A stretch of 63,629 nt of DNA, the filler included. It is 5 parts of 5 records of this genome, joined end to end, with 100 filler letters (N's around TTAATTAATTAA, not from the genome) between each part and the next. Parts side by side here need not be neighbours in the genome. Positions count along the whole stretch, not along the records: positions 51,109 to 58,205 come from SRR31156797_14404; positions 58,306 to 63,629 come from SRR31156797_14464; 3 more parts are not named here. One strand, 5' to 3'. Shown piece after piece: positions 53,413 to 61,886 of this stretch (the stretch's first letter is position 1; every line of letters begins with the position of its first letter). Both the position numbers and the translations under genes were made by a program. Under the pieces are notes generated by a model. It ran no database searches, was not told the origin of the DNA, and saw nothing but the letters and a program-made list of their open reading frames with translations.

Positions 53413-55065
53413 ATGAAATTTGAAGATTTTGAAATAGAAGGTGAAGACTTCGCGACATTGTTGGAGGAGAGCGAAAAAAAATCTGAAACCAATACAGTAA
53501 CAGAGGGTGAGATCGTTATCATCAATGATGATAACTTTGTAGTAAGTATCTCAGGAAGAGAAGGAAGAATTCCTTTAAATGAGATCACAAACAATGATGG
53601 AACAATCAAGTATGCAGTTGGAGAAACTATTCCAGTTGTTATCACAGGTACAAGAGGTGAAAACTTATCTCTTTCATACAAAAAAGTATTACAAAAAGAG
53701 AAATTTGACCAATTTGTTGAAAAGTATGGTGAAGAACCAGAAGATGTTACAATCGAAGGTACAATTATTTCAGTTAAACCAAGAGCTGGTTTCGTAATCC
53801 AAGATGATGATGGGATGGAATACTTTATGCCAATGGCACAAGGGTTTTTAAAAGCTCATGGTGCAGTTGGAAAAAAAGTAAAAGCTGCAGTTTTAAAAGC
53901 AAAAAAAGAAACTACGAGTATTGTTGTTTCTAGAAAAAAACTTATCGAACAATCTCAAAAAAACAAAGAAGAAAAAATCACTGAACTTATGAAAGACAAT
54001 GAACCAAAAACTGGTACTGTTAAAAAAATCACTAGTTATGGTATGTTTGTTGATATGGGTGGAATTGATGGTTTAGTAAACTACAACGAGATCAGTTATA
54101 AAGGTCCAGTAAACCCAGCAAACTATTATGCAGAGGGTGATGAAGTTATTGTTGTAATGAAATCTTATGATAAGGAGAAAGGTCACCTTTCATTATCAAT
54201 CAAAGATGCACTTCCAAATCCATGGGAAGAGATGAGAGATGCATTAGAAGTTGGTGATACTATTACAGTAACTGTATCTAACTTTGAATCTTATGGTGCA
54301 TTTGTTGATCTTGGAAATGATATTGAAGGTCTTTTACACATTTCTGAGATCACTTGGAATAAAAACATCAAAAGTCCTAAAGAGTATTTAGAACTTGGAG
54401 AAGAGATCAATGTAGAAGTTATCGATCTTGATTGTGATAAAAAAAGATTAAGAGTAAGTTTAAAATCTCTTCAAGCAAAACCATTTGAAACATTTACTAA
54501 AAACTATAAAGTTGGAGATGTTGTAAAAGGAACTGTTGCAACGATCACTGATTTTGGTGCATTTATCAACCTTGGTGAAGTTGATGGTCTTTTACACAAT
54601 GAAGAAGCATCTTGGGATAATGGATCTAAATGTAAAGATCTATACAAAAAAGGTGATGAAGTTGAAGTAAAAATCATCAAAATCGATACTGAAAAAGAGA
54701 ATGTATCTTTAAGTGTAAAATCTTTACAAGACTCTCCAGCTCAAAGATTTGATAAAGAGTATAACAATGGTGATATCATCAAATCAACTGTAAAAGATAT
54801 TAAAGACTTCGGTGTATTTGTAAAACTTGCAGATAATTTAGATGGTCTTATAAGAAAAGAAGATCTTCTTAAAAAAGAGGAAGAGACTGAAGAGCTTAAA
54901 GTTGGTGACGAGATCGAAGCTGTTGTTGTAAATATTGATAAACAAAAAAACAGAGTAAGACTTTCTGAGAAAAGACTAGCTTCTCAAAAAGAGAGAGATA
55001 TGCTTAAATCTGTAAATGATGACACTTCAATGACTTTAGGAGATGCATTAGTAGGAAAACTATAA
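53413..55065 (+). CDS. rpsA: 30S ribosomal protein S1
   Basis: Repeated S1 domains (YGMFVD.GG.DGL, YGAFVDLG..IEGLLH.SE, FGAF..LG..DGLLH). Confidence 0.97.
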   Translation: MKFEDFEIEGEDFATLLEESEKKSETNTVTEGEIVIINDDNFVVSISGREGRIPLNEITNNDGTIKYAVGETIPVVITGTRGENLSLSYKKVLQKEKFDQFVEKYGEEPEDVTIEGTIISVKPRAGFVIQDDDGMEYFMPMAQGFLKAHGAVGKKVKAAVLKAKKETTSIVVSRKKLIEQSQKNKEEKITELMKDNEPKTGTVKKITSYGMFVDMGGIDGLVNYNEISYKGPVNPANYYAEGDEVIVVMKSYDKEKGHLSLSIKDALPNPWEEMRDALEVGDTITVTVSNFESYGAFVDLGNDIEGLLHISEITWNKNIKSPKEYLELGEEINVEVIDLDCDKKRLRVSLKSLQAKPFETFTKNYKVGDVVKGTVATITDFGAFINLGEVDGLLHNEEASWDNGSKCKDLYKKGDEVEVKIIKIDTEKENVSLSVKSLQDSPAQRFDKEYNNGDIIKSTVKDIKDFGVFVKLADNLDGLIRKEDLLKKEEETEELKVGDEIEAVVVNIDKQKNRVRLSEKRLASQKERDMLKSVNDDTSMTLGDALVGKL

Positions 55066-55099
55066 AAATAGTTTATTACTAAGATGGAGAAGAGATAGA

Positions 55100-56686
55100 A
55101 TGAATAAACCTACAATAGTTGTATGTGATCATATCCATGAGAGTGGATTAGAGATCTTAAAAAACAATAAAGATATAAACTATGTATATGCTGCTGATAT
55201 TGATAAAACTGCCCTTTTAGACAAAATTGCAGATGCAGATGTTTGTATCACAAGAAGTTCAACAGATGTTGATGAAAAATTTTTAAATGCTGCAAAAAAT
55301 TTAAAAGCAGTAGTAAGAGCTGGTGTTGGCTATGATAATGTAGATATGGAAGGATGTTCAAAGCGAGGTGTTATCGCTATGAACGTTCCAACTGCAAATA
55401 CAATAGCAGCTACTGAGCTTACAATGACTCATATGCTTTCTTGTATGAGAAAAATGCCTTATGCCCATTCTCAATTAAAAGATCAAAGAATCTGGAAAAG
55501 AGAAGACTGGTATGGACAAGAACTTTATGGAAAGAAATTAGGAATCATTGGGTTTGGTAATATTGGACATAGAGTTGGGATTAGAGCCAAAGGATTTGAA
55601 ATGGATGTAGTTACTTACGATCCATATATTCCTGCAAGTAAAGCAACTGACCTTGGAGTTTCATATACTACAAATTTTGATGATATTTTAGCATGTGATA
55701 TTATCACTATCCATACTCCAAAAAATAGTGAAACGATCAATATGATTGATGAAGCAGAGATTGCAAAGATGAAAGATGGTGTTATTCTTATCAACTGTGC
55801 AAGGGGTGGATTATATAATGAGGAAGCTCTTTATAACAACCTAAAATCTGGTAAAATAGCAATGGCTGGTATTGATGTATTTAATAAAGAGCCTGCAATT
55901 GATCATCCACTACTTGATCTTAATAATGTAACAGTAACAGCTCACCTTGGAGCAAATACAGTTGAATCTCAATATAAAATTGCAACTCAAGCTGCAAATA
56001 ATGCTATTAAATCAGCTAAAGGGATAGGATATCCACATGCTCTTAATCTTCCAATTGATGAGACAAAGATCCCATCTTTTGTAAAACCATATCTAGAGCT
56101 GACTCAAAAAATGGGATATCTTTTAGCACAGATGGATAAAACAGTTATCGAATCTATAAAAGTAGAAGCTGAGGGTGAAATTGCAGAGTATCTTGAATCA
56201 CTTTCTACTTTTGCTGTAGTTGGTGCGTTATCTCACTCTTTAAGTAATGAGAAGATCAACTATGTAAATGCTACATTTGTAGCCGAAGAAAGAGGTATTA
56301 AACTTGAAACTTCAGAGCATACAAATAATAGTCCATTTAAAAACCAAGTAAGTGTTAAAGTAACTACTAAAAACGGTTCAAACATTACAGCTGGAACTAT
56401 CTTTGAAGAAGATGTTCAAAGAATTGTAAGAATCAATGACTTTGTAATGGATATTGAACCAAGTGGAAAAATGATCCTATTTACAAACTCTGATGTTCCA
56501 GGTGTTATTGGAAATGTTGGAAAAACACTTGGAGATGAGAAAATAAATATCTCAGACTTTAGACTTGGACGAAGTAAAGATGGTGCACTAGCAGTTATCT
56601 TAGTAGATGACAATGTATCTGATTCAGTACTTGAAAAACTAGCAAATCTTGAAGCAGCACGTTCTGTTTCTTATGCTGAAATATAA
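55100..56686 (+). CDS. serA: D-3-phosphoglycerate dehydrogenase
   Basis: RAGVGYDNVD, GIIGFGNIG, INCARGGL, HLGANT.E, C-terminal ASB and ACT domains. Confidence 0.97.
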   Translation: MNKPTIVVCDHIHESGLEILKNNKDINYVYAADIDKTALLDKIADADVCITRSSTDVDEKFLNAAKNLKAVVRAGVGYDNVDMEGCSKRGVIAMNVPTANTIAATELTMTHMLSCMRKMPYAHSQLKDQRIWKREDWYGQELYGKKLGIIGFGNIGHRVGIRAKGFEMDVVTYDPYIPASKATDLGVSYTTNFDDILACDIITIHTPKNSETINMIDEAEIAKMKDGVILINCARGGLYNEEALYNNLKSGKIAMAGIDVFNKEPAIDHPLLDLNNVTVTAHLGANTVESQYKIATQAANNAIKSAKGIGYPHALNLPIDETKIPSFVKPYLELTQKMGYLLAQMDKTVIESIKVEAEGEIAEYLESLSTFAVVGALSHSLSNEKINYVNATFVAEERGIKLETSEHTNNSPFKNQVSVKVTTKNGSNITAGTIFEEDVQRIVRINDFVMDIEPSGKMILFTNSDVPGVIGNVGKTLGDEKINISDFRLGRSKDGALAVILVDDNVSDSVLEKLANLEAARSVSYAEI

Positions 56687-56708
56687 AAACTAAAAGGAGA
56701 AATACCTT

Positions 56709-57269
56709 ATGGCAATAGGGATGAGTGAGCTTAAAAAAGGTCTTAAAATAGAACTAGATGGAGTTCCATTTAAAATTATGGAATATGCACATGTAAAACC
56801 TGGAAAAGGTGCAGCATTTGTAAGATGTAAGATTAGAAACTATTTAAATGGTAAAACTATAGAAAAAACATTCCATGCTGGGGACAAATGTGAAGTTCCA
56901 GATCTCCAACAAAAAACTATGCAGTTTTTATACGATGATGGTGAGATGCTTCAATTTATGGATAATGATACATATGATCAAATCGGTCTTACTCCAGATC
57001 AAGTAGGTGATGCTGAAAAATGGATCATTGATGGGATGAATGTTGATATGATGTTCTTTAAAGGGGAAGCTATAACGGTTGAGCCTCCAATGACTGTAGA
57101 GATGAAAGTAGTTGAGACTCCACCTAACTTTAAAGGTGATTCTCAAGGTGGGAAAAAACCTGCTACTATTGAATCTGGTGCAGTGGTTCAGATCCCTTTT
57201 CATATTGTTGAAGGTGATATGATTAAATGTGATACAAGAACTGGTGAGTATCTCGAAAAAGTTAAATAA
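56709..57269 (+). CDS. efp: Elongation factor P
   Basis: [40 protein letters not shown]. Confidence 0.99.
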   Translation: MAIGMSELKKGLKIELDGVPFKIMEYAHVKPGKGAAFVRCKIRNYLNGKTIEKTFHAGDKCEVPDLQQKTMQFLYDDGEMLQFMDNDTYDQIGLTPDQVGDAEKWIIDGMNVDMMFFKGEAITVEPPMTVEMKVVETPPNFKGDSQGGKKPATIESGAVVQIPFHIVEGDMIKCDTRTGEYLEKVK

Positions 57270-57396
57270 AAATGGCTAAACTTTTCGCGGATTACTCTGC
57301 GATAAAGTTGCCTCTTCATCAGTCACTTACTACACGTAAGCTCCTTCTTCAGAAACAACTTTCTCTTGGTACTCCACAAAAATTTTAACCATTTTA
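57268..57396. repeat. ERIC-like ~129-bp palindromic intergenic element
   Basis: Nested inverted repeats AAAATGGCTAAA/TTTAACCATTTT and AAAGTTG/CAACTTT around a central GTCACTTAC-tacac-GTAAGCTCC, which matches the ERIC core. Confidence 0.7.
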
Positions 57397-57409
57397 ACGT
57401 AAGGCAACT

Positions 57410-58045
57410 ATGAATAAAAAACAACTTATTATTTTCGATATGGATGGTACACTTATTGATAGTGGAAATGTTATAACAAATACTATAAATTTTGTAAGAG
57501 CTAATCTAGGTCTTGAAGCTATAGAAAAATATGAGATGTTAGAAAAACTCAATGATCCTACTATTAACTCAGCTAAATATTTTTATGGAACTAAAGAGTT
57601 TACTGATGAACAGACAAAACTTTTTCATGAGTACTATGATACTCACTGTATCAGTGATATTATTTTATATGATGGGATATTAGAGCTTTTAAAGGTATTA
57701 GAAGCTAAAAACTGTATTTTGAGTGTAGCTACCAATGCTTCAAAAGAGTTTGCCCTAAAGATGCTAAAACACTTAGAAATAGAGCATTGTTTTACAAGTG
57801 TTACTGGAGCCTCATGTGTTCCAAATCCAAAACCTCACCCAGATATGATATTAAAAACTCTAAATGAATCTAAAATTGATCATAAAAATGCTGTTTTAAT
57901 TGGAGATAGTCATAAAGATAGATTAGCAGCAAAAGCTGCTAATATTGATGGAATTCTAGTGAACTGGGGATTTACCGATCACAAAGAGTATGATGCAATC
58001 ACAGATGTAACGCAACTACATCAACACTTATTAAAACTTATTTAA
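57410..58045 (+). CDS. HAD-IA family hydrolase (phosphoglycolate phosphatase-like)
   Basis: FDMDGTLIDS, VATN, KPHPD, IGDS..D. Confidence 0.92.
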   Translation: MNKKQLIIFDMDGTLIDSGNVITNTINFVRANLGLEAIEKYEMLEKLNDPTINSAKYFYGTKEFTDEQTKLFHEYYDTHCISDIILYDGILELLKVLEAKNCILSVATNASKEFALKMLKHLEIEHCFTSVTGASCVPNPKPHPDMILKTLNESKIDHKNAVLIGDSHKDRLAAKAANIDGILVNWGFTDHKEYDAITDVTQLHQHLLKLI

Positions 58046-58047
58046 TT

Positions 58048-58203
58048 TTATGACTCTTTGAGTTCTTTTTTATGAACAACAGTTTCAATATCCATAATTA
58101 CAAGCATTTGGTTGTTTTCAAGTCTTACAAACCCTTTTAAGTATTTAGAGGGGATCCCTGAACCCATATCAGAAACTGGATATAAAGACGCAGAGTCTAA
58201 TTT
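58048..58203 (-). CDS. cheW: Chemotaxis protein CheW, C-terminal fragment
   Basis: Manual translation KLDSASLYPVSDMGSGIPSKYLKGFVRLENNQMLVIMDIETVVHKKELKES* resembles a CheW C-terminus; 5' end lost at the contig edge. Confidence 0.65.
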   Translation of the reverse strand, partial: KLDSASLYPVSDMGSGIPSKYLKGFVRLENNQMLVIMDIETVVHKKELKES

Positions 58204-58205
58204 TT

Positions 58206-58305
58206 NNNNNNNNNNNNNNNNNNNNNNNNNNNNNNNNNNNNNNNNNNNNTTAATTAATTAANNNNNNNNNNNNNNNNNNNNNNNNNNNNNNNNNNNNNNN
58301 NNNNN
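58206..58305. other. Artificial contig linker
   Basis: N-run with TTAATTAATTAA. Confidence 0.98.
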
Positions 58306-58364
58306 AGCGAAGCGTAACCCAACAATTTCAAGATGATAGGTTACGCTTCGCTAATTCAACCTAC
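58306..58364. repeat. GTAG-family REP doublet (REPIN-like), left copy truncated by the contig start
   Basis: AGCGAAGCGTAACCCAAC ... GATAGGTTACGCTTCGCTAATTCAACCTAC; the reverse strand begins GTAGGTTGAATTAGCGAAGCGTAACC. Confidence 0.7.
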
Positions 58365-58458
58365 GAGGAAATTAACATAAAGTTTTTCTGGGACGCTAGT
58401 TCAGAATCATGAAAATCTTGATCTGTTTGGCTAAAATAAGCATGTTAAGTAAAACTGA

Positions 58459-59367
58459 TCAACCCTCTTTCCCGACCCAGGCGGCGCCATATACTCCCGC
58501 GGAGTCGCCGAGTCGGTTCCGGAGGACCGGCGTTATGATATTCTGGTGAAATGTATAGTGTTTCAATTTTTCAACGCCCAGGTTATACAGTTCGCCAATG
58601 TTGGACAAGCCTCCGCCGAGTACGACGGCATCGGGATCGAGCATTGAAACAAGGCCTCCAAGGCACCTTCCGAAGTCGTCGATAAACCGCAGGAATATGT
58701 CCTTACAGCGAGGATCGCCGCTTCTGTATCCATGTACGATTTTTTCCATTTCCATGTACTGGCCGTATTTCATTTCAAATGACTTTTCAACTCCGGAGCC
58801 GCTGATTTTGGTCTCCACGCAGCCCCTGTTGCCGCAGAAACAATCATGCCCTTGCGGGTCGACCGACATGTGTCCCCATTCTCCGGCAATGCCGTTGAGG
58901 CCTGAATGAATTTTTCCGTTAATGCAAATGCCGCCTCCGCAGCCCGTGCCCATAATAACGCCGAAAACCACTCCGTAGCCCTTGGCCGCCCCAAACATGC
59001 CTTCGGCCAGGGTGAAGCAGTTGGCGTCATTTTCCACAGCCGTCTTTCGGCCGATGATATTCTCAATGTCGGTTTTGAACGGTCTGCCGGTCAGGCTCCG
59101 CGTATTGGCGTTATGAACAAGTTGAGTGTCGTTGTTCAAGGCGCCGGGTATGCCGATGCCGACTGTATAATGGCCGGCGGCAGGGACCAGGGCGGCTGTT
59201 TCCATAATCATGTAATTTACGGCTTCAAGGATGGCCTCGTAGTTGTCTTCCCCATCGCTCCGGGGAGTGGGAATCCTGTTTCTATATATTTCCTTATGGT
59301 CCTCACCCAGAAGAAGGGCTTCTATTTTTGTTCCGCCAAGATCAATTCCAATCTGATATTCACTCAT
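58459..59367 (-). CDS. ROK family sugar kinase (Mak/fructokinase-like)
   Basis: GIDLGGTK, ENDANCF.LAE, MGTGCGGG, GEWGH, CFCGNRGCVE Zn motif. Confidence 0.92.
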   Translation of the reverse strand: MSEYQIGIDLGGTKIEALLLGEDHKEIYRNRIPTPRSDGEDNYEAILEAVNYMIMETAALVPAAGHYTVGIGIPGALNNDTQLVHNANTRSLTGRPFKTDIENIIGRKTAVENDANCFTLAEGMFGAAKGYGVVFGVIMGTGCGGGICINGKIHSGLNGIAGEWGHMSVDPQGHDCFCGNRGCVETKISGSGVEKSFEMKYGQYMEMEKIVHGYRSGDPRCKDIFLRFIDDFGRCLGGLVSMLDPDAVVLGGGLSNIGELYNLGVEKLKHYTFHQNIITPVLRNRLGDSAGVYGAAWVGKEG

Positions 59368-59487
59368 GGTTATATTCTTTAGAATTCTTTCTTAATATTT
59401 CATCCGATATTCGGATTATACCAGACAGCGGACAGGACGGACAATAATGCATATCCAAATAGATTTGGGGGTGAACGGAGAAGGATT

Positions 59488-60357
59488 CTATTTCAACTCA
59501 ACCCCATGCTGAGTAAAATCCTCAATAAAGTCTATTATGTCATCAAAGGAATACTTGGAATCCAGGGTTGTTCTCAGGGACATGATCTCTATTATGCCGA
59601 TCAGGGCGTATGCCAGAAGTTCGGGATCTACGTCCCTGGCCTTATGCGCGGCCATGGCCTTCCGGACGTCCCGAATCACCGGTTTGCTCAGGTCCTGGTA
59701 TATTTTTTTAATCCTTTCGGCCGGCCATTGATTCCGTCCGGCCATTTCGGCTCTTAACTGGTGCAGTATTTCATTATATTTGCTGTAATTTTCATAAAAG
59801 ACCCGTCCGCGGACCCTTAACCTGGTAAAAGGATCTTTTTCCTTTTTTATGTCTTCCACTCCTCCGGCGATGATTTGCCGTATCACGTCATCTACAACGT
59901 CGATGAACAGTTCCTGCTTGTTTTCAAAATATATGTAGAATGTTCCGGTTGATATGCCGACAGCCGAGGTGATGTCCTGTATTTTGGTCTGGTGGTATCC
60001 TTTTTCGGAAAAAACTCTTATGGCCGCCGCCACAATTTGTCTGCGCTTGGGATTTTCATACAGGTTTTCATCCTGCGGCTCCACAATATTTGAGACGTAA
60101 GGTTGATGAGCCCCTTCTTTTAACGCTTCTTCAACCTTTTGTTTGACATAGGCGATCGGCAGCCGGTTATCTCCTTTAATTTTTTGGATAAGAGCCAGTC
60201 TGTCCAGGTGCGACTGGTCGTAATACGCCATGGTTCGCCCGCTTTTAAGAGGCGGGTGAAGAACGCCGTTCCTTAGGTAGTAATGGATGGTAGTCCGCGG
60301 CACGCCTGATTCTTCGACCAATTGTTTTATGCGCATCCTTTTTTTGTTCATTTCCAT
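59488..60357 (-). CDS. MerR-HTH / TetR fusion transcriptional regulator
   Basis: N-terminal MRIKQL...SGVPRTTIHYYL..G.L.PP (MerR HTH); IV.AAIRVFSEKGYHQTKIQDI...VGISTGTFYIYF.NK.ELF (TetR HTH). Confidence 0.9.
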   Translation of the reverse strand: MEMNKKRMRIKQLVEESGVPRTTIHYYLRNGVLHPPLKSGRTMAYYDQSHLDRLALIQKIKGDNRLPIAYVKQKVEEALKEGAHQPYVSNIVEPQDENLYENPKRRQIVAAAIRVFSEKGYHQTKIQDITSAVGISTGTFYIYFENKQELFIDVVDDVIRQIIAGGVEDIKKEKDPFTRLRVRGRVFYENYSKYNEILHQLRAEMAGRNQWPAERIKKIYQDLSKPVIRDVRKAMAAHKARDVDPELLAYALIGIIEIMSLRTTLDSKYSFDDIIDFIEDFTQHGVELK

Positions 60358-60372
60358 TTTACCCGACCAGTT

Positions 60373-60558
60373 CTTTCAACTGTATATTGAAAGTCTACAG
60401 AGTAGATATTTTTTTTCAACGCCTGTCAAGGTTAAATTGATGAATCGAATTTAGCTTGTATAAATTATATAATAATAAGAATAAATTAATCAGATTCATA
60501 AATACCTGTTGTAATTCTTTCTATTAACTTGACAAGACTCAAAACTATAGAGTAATAA
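60373..60558. promoter_or_regulatory. Divergent promoter region with candidate operators
   Basis: Minus-strand TTGACA (60429-60424) + 19 nt + TACTCT; plus-strand TTGACA (60529-60534); dyads CTTTCAA-N7-TTGAAAG (60373-60393) and TCTAC-aga-GTAGA (60394-60406); CTAyAGAGTA repeated at 60395 and 60545. Confidence 0.5.
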
Positions 60559-60701
60559 AAAATGAAAAGTCATTATTCAGAATATAGATTATCCGGCCGC
60601 GCCCAATTAGTCAAGCTGAGCGCCGTCCGAAAAGTTGCCGGCGCCCGAAAATTTTTTTCAATTACCCCTTATTTGTCTTGATAATTTGAAAGGAGAAAAA
60701 T

Positions 60702-61886
60702 ATGAGCAGAGGCAAACTGGCCATAACCGGAATCGGAGAGGTCCCCACCGGGATCTACCCGGAACGGTCCCGGTGGGACATACTGTATGAAGTATGCATC
60801 CAGGCCGTACGTGATTCCGGCTTTGACAAGGACGATATTGAAGCGGTTGTAACCGTGGCCCCGCAGGCCCAGCCCAGGCTGTCCGCTGAAATATCATTCG
60901 GAAAGCTGCCCGAAGAACTTGGGCTTAAGGGATGTAAGGACGTCTGCATCTGTAATGCCGGCGGCGCTTCAACTTCAAACTGCCTGAGGTTGGCCGAACA
61001 TCTGATCCAGAGCGGAACAGCCAAAGCTGTCCTGATTCCCCACGTCACGGTCCATTCAACCATACCCATGGACGACTTGATAAATTTCTTCGCCCAGGCC
61101 GGTATGGACCTCCAGTGGGAATATCCTTTCGGCACCACCTACAACGGCATTATCGCCATGATGACCCGCCGCTACATGCATGAATCCGGGGCCACTCCCG
61201 AGGAAATGGCTTCCATTGTCGTATCTCTGAGAAAATGGGCCGCCCTGGATCCAAATTCCATGTTTTACAAAAAAGAGGTCCCATCCATAGAAAAGATACT
61301 GTCCTCATCCTTGCTGGCCGATCCCCTGCACAAAAGGGAAGGAAATATCCTGGCTGACGGAGGCGCGGCCATGGTGGTCACATCGGCCGAACTCGCTCCT
61401 AAAGTCACCGATACGCCCGCATATAAACTGGGAGAAGGGGCCGCCTTTTTCAGCGCCTGCCCGGTGTTGAGGGACAATGACCAGGTTTGGGACAAGATGA
61501 AATCATCCGGCGAGGAAGCGCTTTCCGAAGCAGGTCTGACCAAGAACGACATAGACATCTGGAATATATACCTGGCTTATCCGGTGGGCCACCCCATGAT
61601 GATGGAAGTCATGGGCCTGTGCGAGCGGGGGCAGGCTGGAAAAATGTTTCTCGAGGGCCGCACCTGGCCGGGGGGCGACCTGCCCTGGTCAACAATCGGG
61701 GACGCCATAGGCAGGGGGCACACTGGTTCCGGGGTCAGCATGGCTACGTACGTGGAAACCGCCCGCCAGCTTATGGGTAAAGCCGGAGAAAGGCAGGTAA
61801 AGGACGCAAAATTTGTCTTTCAAAACACGGCCGGAGGTTCCGGGATGAACAACATCGCCACCGTCTGGGGGAGGGAATTGTCATGA
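60702..61886 (+). CDS. Thiolase-fold protein of SCP-x/Ltp2 type (possible aldolase)
   Basis: AITGIGE, DGGAAMVVTS, GLTKNDID, GLCERGQAG, G..TWPGGDLP, RQLMGKAGERQVKDA; next to a DUF35 gene. Confidence 0.85.
   Translation: MSRGKLAITGIGEVPTGIYPERSRWDILYEVCIQAVRDSGFDKDDIEAVVTVAPQAQPRLSAEISFGKLPEELGLKGCKDVCICNAGGASTSNCLRLAEHLIQSGTAKAVLIPHVTVHSTIPMDDLINFFAQAGMDLQWEYPFGTTYNGIIAMMTRRYMHESGATPEEMASIVVSLRKWAALDPNSMFYKKEVPSIEKILSSSLLADPLHKREGNILADGGAAMVVTSAELAPKVTDTPAYKLGEGAAFFSACPVLRDNDQVWDKMKSSGEEALSEAGLTKNDIDIWNIYLAYPVGHPMMMEVMGLCERGQAGKMFLEGRTWPGGDLPWSTIGDAIGRGHTGSGVSMATYVETARQLMGKAGERQVKDAKFVFQNTAGGSGMNNIATVWGRELS

Noticed and set aside
51253-57269. aroA-ispH-rpsA without cmk, followed by serA-efp
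   Set aside because: Ordinary housekeeping order for Campylobacterota.
14734-58305. Four identical TTAATTAATTAA motifs in N runs, and abrupt GC/taxon shifts that could look like genomic islands
   Set aside because: These are artificial contig-joining linkers. Genes on different sides are not neighbours, so no cross-contig system was inferred.
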